Positions 9,131-17,125 of a DNA stretch of 51,554 nt are shown in pieces (within the stretch, counting starts at the first letter, position 1; each line of letters begins with the position of its first letter). The stretch spans positions 1 through 51,554 of the forward strand of contig JBBQSF010000003.1 of NCBI GenBank assembly GCA_038214085.1, written 5' to 3'. Under the pieces are notes generated by a model. That model made no database searches and was not told where the DNA came from. It saw only the letters and a list, made by a program, of their open reading frames with translations. The position numbers were made by a program, and so were the translations under genes. This stretch comes from Bacteroidales bacterium. Its GTDB lineage: Bacteria; Bacteroidota; Bacteroidia; Bacteroidales; CG2-30-32-10.

Positions 9131-9649
9131 TTAAATGATGAAAGAAAACACGTTTGGAGGAGGGTCTGGAACTTCAGATTTAATTGAATTATAATGAAAC
9201 AAAACTAAAGGAATTTTAGATTTTGCAGTTTGAACCGATATCTTTATTTCAGGAAGTTGGTTGAGATATTTAAAACCTAGAAACTTTCGAAGGATTTTAT
9301 TGGTTTGGCTGCTTTCATTATTTTTTTTGGTAAAATCCGAAACCAGTTTGCTTTCCTTCTTATCATTTATACAATAGAAATAAACATCAGTGCCGATATT
9401 TTTTTTTCTAACAACATCAAACATTTCTCCATTGCGCGTAAATTCCTTGCCAGGCTTTAGCCATGCTACTTTATTAAGATCATTTTGATGGATAATAACT
9501 AAATAAAGATCATCGTCTTTTAATCCCTGTTCTATCTTTTCTTTTATTTCATGCTGAATTATGCTTTTTTCAAAATAAAAAATGAGGTAATTGCCTCCGA
9601 GCATAAACATGAAAATAGAAAGAATTAATATGGGAAAAATTTTCCGCAT
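9131..9649 (-). CDS. Hypothetical protein upstream of the TonB receptor, with an N-terminal hydrophobic segment and a C-terminal PDPPP motif
   Basis: 172-aa ORF with KEF...GEMFDVV...YCINDKKE core and EVPDPPPN near the C-terminus. Confidence 0.75.
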   Translation of the reverse strand: MRKIFPILILSIFMFMLGGNYLIFYFEKSIIQHEIKEKIEQGLKDDDLYLVIIHQNDLNKVAWLKPGKEFTRNGEMFDVVRKKNIGTDVYFYCINDKKESKLVSDFTKKNNESSQTNKILRKFLGFKYLNQLPEIKISVQTAKSKIPLVLFHYNSIKSEVPDPPPNVFSFII

Positions 9650-9755
9650 TTGTTATGTTAGATTGTTTTGCAAAGTAAGAATAAAATTACTTTACATTTA
9701 TCATTTTAGCTGTTTTCTTTTTTGTATTTTGCAATGCTGGCGTATTAAAATTGCG

Positions 9756-9763
9756 TAATTTTG
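9756..9763 (+). promoter_or_regulatory. sigmaA -7 element for the sucA operon
   Basis: TAATTTTG 21 nt upstream of the ATG at 9785. Confidence 0.55.
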
Positions 9764-9784
9764 TACTTGAAGCTTAAAATATAA

Positions 9785-12559
9785 ATGGACAAATTCTCTT
9801 ATTTAAGTAATATAGATCCTGATAAACTCGATGATTTGTATAATTCGTATAAATCAGATCCGAGTTCAGTAGATGTTAGCTGGCAAAATTTTTTTAAAGG
9901 CTTTGAATTTGGTTTGGCAAATTTTCATAAAGATAAATCTGGATCAATACTTCCTGAAGAGTTTAAAGTAATGAATCTGATACTTGCATACAGGCAGCGT
10001 GGTCATTTATTTACTAAAACAAATCCGGTTCGTGTACGAAGAAAATATTCCCCCACTCTTGACATAGAAAATTTCGGACTGACCAATTCTGATCTAAATA
10101 CTCTTTTTAATGCAGGAATAGAAATTGGCATTGGTAAAGCAAAGCTTCAGACCATTCTTGATCATCTGAAGCAAACCTATTGCAATACAATCGGCATCGA
10201 ATACATGTATATTCGTATTCCGGAAATTGTTGATTGGTTTAAGCAAAAAATGGAACCGGTACAAAACATTCCTTCTTTTACTGGAGACGAAAAACTTCAT
10301 ATTCTTGACAAACTCAGCGAAGCAGTTCTTTTTGAGAAATTTATTCATAAGAAATTTCAGGGTCAGAAACGCTTTTCTCTTGAGGGTTGTGAAAGTCTGA
10401 TTCCCGCACTTGACGCGCTTATTGAAGCTGGTAGTGGTTCCGGCGCCGAAGAATTTATTATCGGCATGGCACATCGTGGCCGATTAAATGTTCTGGCAAA
10501 CATTCTGCATAAGCCATATAAAAATATTTTCAGCGAATTTGAAGGCAATGAATATGAGGATGATTATTTGCTGGGCGATGTTAAATATCACCTGGGATAT
10601 TCTTCCGAAACAACTACTGCTAAAGGAAAAATAATAAAACTTGGGGTGGTGCCCAATCCTTCACATCTTGAAGCAGTAAGCCCCGTTGCTCAGGGTATTG
10701 CTAGAGCAAAAATTGATCATGACTTTAATGGTGACAATTCTAAAGTTATCCCAATTTTGATTCATGGCGATGCATCTCTTGCTGGGCAGGGAATTGTTTA
10801 TGAAGTACTGCAGATGTCGCAGCTCGACGGATACAAAACCGGAGGCACCATACATGTTGTAATTAATAACCAAATCGGATTTACTACAAATTATCTCGAT
10901 GCCAGATCAAGTATCTATTGCACCGATGTTGGCAAAACCATTCATACTCCAATAATTCATGTAAATGCCGACGATGTGGAAGCCGTTGTGTATGTAATTC
11001 AATTGGCTGTTGAATTCCGACAGAAATTTAAAAAAGATATTTTTATTGATATGCTTGGTTATCGCAAGTACGGGCACAACGAAAGCGATGAACCCCGTTA
11101 TACTCAGCCACTTTTATATAAAATAATTGAAACCCATCCAAATCCTGAAGAAATATATATCCGGAAACTTATTTCGGAAGGGTATGCAGTTAAATCAAGA
11201 GAAGCGGAAATCGAAGCAGAGTTAAATTCAATATTAGAGGAAAGGTTAGATGAAGCAAAAAAAATTAAAAAAGGAAATATTACAGCTTTTCTTGAGCAAA
11301 AGTGGCAACATATATCCCGTGCTGTTGCTGACGATTTCCTAATCTCTCCAGAAACAGGAATTTGCAAAGAAACCATTTTAGAACTGACGTCAAAAATAAC
11401 AACATTACCTGAAAATAAACAATTTTTCAGGAAAATTGTAAAACTAATGACCGACAGAAAAGAAATGGTTGAAACTGCTGGAACCGTTGATTGGGCAATG
11501 GCCGAACACCTTGCTTATGCGTCGTTACTGAATCAGGGTTTTTCTGTCAGAATAAGCGGACAGGATGTGGAGCGCGGAACTTTTTCGCACCGCCATGCTG
11601 TTTTAAAAATGGAGGATTCAGAAGAAGAATTCATTCCATTAAAAAATACTGAGCAAGAAAAAGCACGTTTTGAAATATACAATTCATTGCTTTCCGAATA
11701 TGGGGTTTTGGGTTTTGAATATGGTTATGCAATGGTTTTGCCTGATGTTCTTACAATATGGGAAGCTCAGTTTGGCGATTTTTTCAATGGAGCTCAGATC
11801 ATAATCGACCAATATATCTCGAGTGCTGAAGACAAATGGAAAGTGATGAATGGGTTGGTAATGCTGTTACCTCATAGTTACGAGGGCCAGGGACCAGAAC
11901 ATTCGAGTGGCAGAATTGAGCGCTTTCTTGTGTTGTGTGCCAAAAACAATATTCAGTTGGCAAATTGCACTACCCCGGCCTCTTTCTTCCATATTTTAAG
12001 ACGTCAACTTCTTCGTAAATTTAGAAAACCTCTTGTAATTTTTACACCAAAAAGTCTTTTACGTCATCCAGCATGTATTTCACCTGTTGATGAGCTTGTA
12101 TCAGGAAAATTTGAAGAAATAATTGACGATAAAGATGCAAATCCGCAAGAAATTACGAAACTCGTTTTCTGTTCAGGAAAAATATTTTACGAACTGCTCG
12201 AAGAAAAGAAAAACAAAAATATCAAAAATGTAGCTTTAGTTCGCATTGAACAGTTGTACCCCTTTCCTATAGATCATTACAATACAATTGTTCAGAAATA
12301 TCCGAAGGCTCTGGATCATTTGTGGGTACAGGAAGAACCTGAAAATATGGGAGCCTGGAGTTATTTTTTGCGTTTGTTCAAAGCGAAAAAATTCAGATTA
12401 ATTGCACGCCCACCAAGTGGAAGCCCCGCTACAGGTTCAAGCAAATTTCACTTGCAGCAACAACGGAAACTGATAGAAAAAACTTTCGAAGAATGCGATT
12501 GTGAAAGAGTTTGCAGCGAATGTAAAATAATATGTATTGAAAAACCAAATGCGATATGA
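9785..12559 (+). CDS. sucA: 2-oxoglutarate dehydrogenase E1
   Basis: KRFSLEG, GMAHRGRLNVL, GDVKYHLG, NPSHLE, HGDA..GQG, WEAQFGDF and PEHSSGRIERFL motifs. Confidence 0.97.
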   Translation: MDKFSYLSNIDPDKLDDLYNSYKSDPSSVDVSWQNFFKGFEFGLANFHKDKSGSILPEEFKVMNLILAYRQRGHLFTKTNPVRVRRKYSPTLDIENFGLTNSDLNTLFNAGIEIGIGKAKLQTILDHLKQTYCNTIGIEYMYIRIPEIVDWFKQKMEPVQNIPSFTGDEKLHILDKLSEAVLFEKFIHKKFQGQKRFSLEGCESLIPALDALIEAGSGSGAEEFIIGMAHRGRLNVLANILHKPYKNIFSEFEGNEYEDDYLLGDVKYHLGYSSETTTAKGKIIKLGVVPNPSHLEAVSPVAQGIARAKIDHDFNGDNSKVIPILIHGDASLAGQGIVYEVLQMSQLDGYKTGGTIHVVINNQIGFTTNYLDARSSIYCTDVGKTIHTPIIHVNADDVEAVVYVIQLAVEFRQKFKKDIFIDMLGYRKYGHNESDEPRYTQPLLYKIIETHPNPEEIYIRKLISEGYAVKSREAEIEAELNSILEERLDEAKKIKKGNITAFLEQKWQHISRAVADDFLISPETGICKETILELTSKITTLPENKQFFRKIVKLMTDRKEMVETAGTVDWAMAEHLAYASLLNQGFSVRISGQDVERGTFSHRHAVLKMEDSEEEFIPLKNTEQEKARFEIYNSLLSEYGVLGFEYGYAMVLPDVLTIWEAQFGDFFNGAQIIIDQYISSAEDKWKVMNGLVMLLPHSYEGQGPEHSSGRIERFLVLCAKNNIQLANCTTPASFFHILRRQLLRKFRKPLVIFTPKSLLRHPACISPVDELVSGKFEEIIDDKDANPQEITKLVFCSGKIFYELLEEKKNKNIKNVALVRIEQLYPFPIDHYNTIVQKYPKALDHLWVQEEPENMGAWSYFLRLFKAKKFRLIARPPSGSPATGSSKFHLQQQRKLIEKTFEECDCERVCSECKIICIEKPNAI

Positions 12560-13743
12560 TTGAAGAAATAATTGTTCCAAGTCCCGGAGAATCAATCACT
12601 GAAGTTGAACTCACACGCTGGTTGGTGTCTGATGGCGATTTGGTAAAGAAAGATCAGGAAATTGCAGAAGTGGATTCGGATAAAGCCACCCTTACCATTA
12701 CCGCAGCTTTGTCTGGAAAAATTAAAATTGAAGTGCTGGAGAATGAGAGAATTCCTGTTGGGAAGAAAATTGGAAGCATTGATACTTCTATTGACGTTCC
12801 CGATTACGATATTAAAAAAATCTCAGACGAAACAAATGTTTTTACTGAAAAATCATCAATAAAACAAAAAATCACTCCACTTGCTAAAGAGGTAATGGCT
12901 AAGAACCATATCGAAAACAAGGAATTAAATAATATCGGAGCAAATAAAAGAATTACAAAAGAAGATGTATTTGCCATTCTTCAAAAGGAAAAGCCTCTAA
13001 AACCTGAGGACAATAGGGCGGTTGAAATCATTAAAATGTCGATGCTCCGAAAAAAAATTGCTGAGCGTTTGGTAGCTGTGAAAAACGAAACGGCAATGCT
13101 TACTACTTTTAACGAAATTGATTTAAGCAGGGTCATTCATATCCGCAATAAATATAAAGACTCTTTTTTCGAAAAACATGGCGTAAAGCTAAGTTATATG
13201 TCTTTTTTTGGAATTGCGGTTATCAAGTCTCTTCACCAACACCCTGCGGTTAATTCACGTATTGAAATCGAAAGTATTGTTATTCCTTCTTATGTTGATT
13301 TATGTATTGCAATCAGCACTGCTAAAGGGCTCATTGCTCCTCCATTGAGAGATGCTGATAAGCTTTCATTTGTTCAAATTGAGAAGGCTATTGCTGCTTT
13401 AGCTCAAAAAGCAAGAGAAAATAAACTCAGTATTGACGAATTAACTGGGGGAACTTTTACAATTACCAATGGTGGCGTTTTTGGTTCAATGATGTCAACC
13501 CCAATTCTTAATCCGCCACAAGCTGCAATTTTGGGAATGCATAAAGTGATGGACCGGCCGGTAGCTATTGATAAAAAAATTGAAATAAGACCTATGATGT
13601 ACGTTGCGCTTTCTTATGACCATAGGATAATTGATGGAAAAGAATCAGTTGGATTTCTGCTAAAGGTAAAAGAAATCCTTGAAAACCCTGAAGATTATAT
13701 TTTTGAAGGGAAATCTATAGAAAATGGACTTATTTTAGCGTAA
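12556..13743 (+). CDS. sucB: Dihydrolipoyllysine-residue succinyltransferase (E2)
   Basis: Lipoyl domain (EVDSDKA), AMLTTFNE, GGTFTITNGGVFGS and SYDHRIIDG; ATGA overlap with sucA. Confidence 0.96.
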   Translation: MIEEIIVPSPGESITEVELTRWLVSDGDLVKKDQEIAEVDSDKATLTITAALSGKIKIEVLENERIPVGKKIGSIDTSIDVPDYDIKKISDETNVFTEKSSIKQKITPLAKEVMAKNHIENKELNNIGANKRITKEDVFAILQKEKPLKPEDNRAVEIIKMSMLRKKIAERLVAVKNETAMLTTFNEIDLSRVIHIRNKYKDSFFEKHGVKLSYMSFFGIAVIKSLHQHPAVNSRIEIESIVIPSYVDLCIAISTAKGLIAPPLRDADKLSFVQIEKAIAALAQKARENKLSIDELTGGTFTITNGGVFGSMMSTPILNPPQAAILGMHKVMDRPVAIDKKIEIRPMMYVALSYDHRIIDGKESVGFLLKVKEILENPEDYIFEGKSIENGLILA

Positions 13744-13762
13744 TTATTATAAAAATATCAGC

Positions 13763-15331
13763 ATGAGACGAAAAGTGGATTTTTTAGTTATTGGCTCTGG
13801 CATTGCTGGTTTAAGCTATGCATTAAAAGTTGCACCATATGGGAAGGTATGTGTGATAAGTAAAACAAATGCTGAAGAATCAAACACTCAATATGCTCAG
13901 GGTGGCATTGCTGCAGTTATGTACACGCCTGATTCGTACGAGAAGCATATTCAAGATACTATAGAGGCTGGCGCAGGATTGTGTAATGAGGAAATTGTAA
14001 GACTTACAATATCTGAATCTACTGCAAGAATAAAAGAATTGGTAAGCTGGGGTACTCAATTTGACAAAACTAAAAGTGGAAAATTTGATCTTGCCAAAGA
14101 AGGTGGACATTCCGAATTTCGCGTGCTCCATCACAAGGATCGTACTGGAAAGGAAATTATTCGTGCACTTCTTGAACAAGCTCATAACCATCCGAATATC
14201 GAAATTCTTGAAAATTACTTTGCTGTTGATATCATTACCCAGCATCACTTAGGCATAGAAATAACACGCAGAACTCCTGATATTTCATGCTATGGTGTTT
14301 ATGTTTTAAATCCAGTGACCAATTTAATTGACACAATTCTATCAAAGATTACGCTTATAGCTACAGGTGGCGCAGGAAATGTTTACAACACAACTACCAA
14401 TCCACCAATTGCCACCGGAGACGGCATTGCAATGGTTAGCAGGGCCAGAGGCGAAGTCGAAAATATGGAATTCATTCAGTTTCATCCAACATCATTATAC
14501 AATCCCGGTGAAAAGCCTTCGTTTTTAATTACCGAAGCATTGCGCGGATTCGGTGCTGTTCTCAAAACTATTGACAAAAAAGAGTTTATGGAGAAGTACG
14601 ATCATCGAAAATCCCTGGCGCCAAGAGATATTGTTGCTAGAGCAATTGACAATGAAATGAAATTAAGTGGCGACGATTATGTTTGTCTTGATTGCCGGCA
14701 CTTGAAGAAAAACGATCTGATTGAACATTTTCCTACAATTTACGCAAAATGCCTGAGTATTGGTATTGATATTTCTAAAGATTTGATTCCTGTTGTTCCT
14801 GCTGCTCATTATTTATGCGGTGGAATTAAAGTAGATTCTTACGGTCATTCTTCAATAATAAATCTTTATGCCTGTGGTGAATGTGCTTCAACAGGTTTGC
14901 ATGGTGCCAATAGGCTTGCTTCAAATTCTTTGCTTGAAGCACTGGTTTTTTCTCATCATGCAAGTATTGATTCTATTAAAAGAGTTACAGATATTGATTT
15001 ATGTAGCGAAATTCCTGACTGGGATGCTGAAGGAACAGTGCTTCACGAAGAAATGGTTTTGATTACCCAAACGCTCAAAGAGCTTCAGTTTATAATGACC
15101 AACTATGTCGGGATTGTCCGGTCTAACCTAAGACTTAAAAGAGCACTTGATCGATTAGAAATTATTTTTAGGGAAACAGAAGCGCTTTATGAAGAATCAA
15201 TTGTTACAGTAAAAATTTGCGAACTCCGAAACTTGGTAAAAATAGCTTATCTGATTATCAAGCAGGCAATTTTGCGCAAAGAAAGCCGAGGACTGCATTA
15301 TTCATTGGATTATCCAAATAATATTAAATGA
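13763..15331 (+). CDS. nadB: L-aspartate oxidase
   Basis: GSGIAG, YAQGGIAAV, EGGHS, QFHPT, LAPRDIVARAI, GLHGANRLASNSLLE and ESRGLHY motifs. Confidence 0.96.
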   Translation: MRRKVDFLVIGSGIAGLSYALKVAPYGKVCVISKTNAEESNTQYAQGGIAAVMYTPDSYEKHIQDTIEAGAGLCNEEIVRLTISESTARIKELVSWGTQFDKTKSGKFDLAKEGGHSEFRVLHHKDRTGKEIIRALLEQAHNHPNIEILENYFAVDIITQHHLGIEITRRTPDISCYGVYVLNPVTNLIDTILSKITLIATGGAGNVYNTTTNPPIATGDGIAMVSRARGEVENMEFIQFHPTSLYNPGEKPSFLITEALRGFGAVLKTIDKKEFMEKYDHRKSLAPRDIVARAIDNEMKLSGDDYVCLDCRHLKKNDLIEHFPTIYAKCLSIGIDISKDLIPVVPAAHYLCGGIKVDSYGHSSIINLYACGECASTGLHGANRLASNSLLEALVFSHHASIDSIKRVTDIDLCSEIPDWDAEGTVLHEEMVLITQTLKELQFIMTNYVGIVRSNLRLKRALDRLEIIFRETEALYEESIVTVKICELRNLVKIAYLIIKQAILRKESRGLHYSLDYPNNIK

Positions 15332-15332
15332 T

Positions 15333-15848
15333 ATGGCACTCATTAAAACAGTACGTGGAAAATCTCCTGTTTTTGGCAAAAATTGTTTCTTAGCAGAAAA
15401 TGCAACAGTTGTTGGAGAAGTGGAAATGGGCGATAATTGCAGCGTTTGGTTCAATGCAGTGGTACGTGGAGATGTAAATTTTATAAAAATGGGCAATAAA
15501 GTGAATGTTCAGGATGGTGCAGTTATACATTGCACTTATCAGAAAGCGCCCACAACTATTGGCAATAACGTTTCAATTGCTCATAACGCAATAGTTCACG
15601 GATGTACCATTCATGATAATGTACTGGTGGGAATGGGTGCAATAATTATGGATGGAGCGGTTATAGAAAGCAATTCTTTAATTGCTGCTGGCGCTTTGAT
15701 CTTGGAAGGAACACATGTGGAATCAGGAAGCGTGTATGCCGGAGTTCCTGCAAAAAAAGTTAAATCAATTGACAAGGCCTTACTCGAAGGGCAGGTTAAC
15801 CGCATTGCAGATAGTTACATCATGTATTCAAGTTGGTACAAGGAATAA
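15333..15848 (+). CDS. Gamma carbonic anhydrase family (hexapeptide-repeat) protein
   Basis: VWFNAVVRGDVN, NVQDGAVIH and HNAIVHGC with three His ligands. Confidence 0.93.
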   Translation: MALIKTVRGKSPVFGKNCFLAENATVVGEVEMGDNCSVWFNAVVRGDVNFIKMGNKVNVQDGAVIHCTYQKAPTTIGNNVSIAHNAIVHGCTIHDNVLVGMGAIIMDGAVIESNSLIAAGALILEGTHVESGSVYAGVPAKKVKSIDKALLEGQVNRIADSYIMYSSWYKE

Positions 15849-15849
15849 A

Positions 15850-15878
15850 AAAAAGCTTTCCTTTTGAGAAAGCTTTTT
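15850..15878. terminator. Bidirectional intrinsic terminator
   Basis: AAAAAGCTTTC/GAAAGCTTTTT perfect stem between convergent operons. Confidence 0.85.
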
Positions 15879-15896
15879 AATAAATTGTTAATTGTC

Positions 15897-16412
15897 TTAT
15901 TTGATGCCAACTTTCTTTTTCACTAATAACATAATATCTTCGCCACCACCATCATAAAGAAGAACTCCAACTGAGGAATCAAAAACATAAGTGAAACCAT
16001 TTTCTTTAGCTACATCTTCGATTGCTTTTTTAGCTTTATCAATTATAGGCTGTAATAGCTCAGTTTGTTTTTTCTGGATAGCTTCACTGGCTGAAGTTTG
16101 AAATTTTGTGATACGTGTTTCCAAATCTGCAATTTCAGCTGCTTTGGTAGTTTTTATTAGATCTGACATTGAAGTAAGGTTTGTTTGATAATCAGCAACC
16201 TTTGTATTATACTCAGTTTCCATTGCAGTATATTGTGACTGATATAATTTAATTTCTTTTTCAATTTTAATTTGAGCAGAATCTTTTCCAGGCATCATTT
16301 TAAGTAATGAATCGGAATCAATATGACCCAGTTTGATTTTTGTTTGCGCATTTAAGTTTACAGTAAAGAGAACTGCAAGAATTAGGACAACAGCTTTTAG
16401 AAAATTTTTCAT
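15897..16412 (-). CDS. skp: OmpH/Skp periplasmic chaperone
   Basis: Signal peptide, KLGHIDSD, coiled coil and AIEDVAKENGFTYVFD; TAAATTTG element at 16451-16458. Confidence 0.92.
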   Translation of the reverse strand: MKNFLKAVVLILAVLFTVNLNAQTKIKLGHIDSDSLLKMMPGKDSAQIKIEKEIKLYQSQYTAMETEYNTKVADYQTNLTSMSDLIKTTKAAEIADLETRITKFQTSASEAIQKKQTELLQPIIDKAKKAIEDVAKENGFTYVFDSSVGVLLYDGGGEDIMLLVKKKVGIK

Positions 16413-16504
16413 TTTGATTATAAGGTTTGATTAATACTTAATTTTTTTTGCAAATTTATATATAATTATTATAACTTTATCTATACAATAATACAATTAA
16501 GGAA

Positions 16505-17062
16505 TTATTTTTTACTATCCTTTGTTGTTGTTTTTGTACCGGGTTTGTAACCAAGTTTTTCCAGCACGTCATCGCTCTTGTCAAGTTTGGCATTGGTGTA
16601 AAGCATTGTCAAGGAAGCAGACTTGTCGAAAATGATTCCGTAAGCACCTTCTGTAGCGAGTTCTTCAATTGCATTGTATATTTTATCCTGTATCGGTTTG
16701 ATTAATTCCTGGCGTTTCTTGTACAAATCGCCTTCTTTTCCAAACCTTTGTTTTTGCAATGCTTTTGCATCTTTTTCTTTGGCGGTAATGGCATTTTCCT
16801 TTTTAGTTTTCATGTCTTCAGGAAGTAAAACTGATTCAGTTTGGAATTTTTTATACAAACTGTCAATTTCTTTGAATTTTAATTCGATTTCTTTTTGCCA
16901 TTCAACGGACAGTTCATCGAGCTTGTCCTGAGCGGCTGCGTATTCTGGGATATTTTCCAAGATATAGTCCGAATCAACATACGCAAATTTAGTTTGACTT
17001 TTTACTGTACTCGTAAACGAAGCAAGTAAAACAATCATAACAACTAACATCATTTTTTTCAT
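16505..17062 (-). CDS. skp: OmpH/Skp periplasmic chaperone
   Basis: KFAYVDSDYIL..IPEY, FGKEGDLYKKRQELIKPIQD and YGIIFDK; TACTTTTG element at 17106-17113. Confidence 0.92.
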   Translation of the reverse strand: MKKMMLVVMIVLLASFTSTVKSQTKFAYVDSDYILENIPEYAAAQDKLDELSVEWQKEIELKFKEIDSLYKKFQTESVLLPEDMKTKKENAITAKEKDAKALQKQRFGKEGDLYKKRQELIKPIQDKIYNAIEELATEGAYGIIFDKSASLTMLYTNAKLDKSDDVLEKLGYKPGTKTTTKDSKK

Positions 17063-17125
17063 AGTTATTTCCTCCTTTTTTTCTGATTCTTAATTTAATT
17101 TTTTTCAAAAGTAATTTACATTTTT

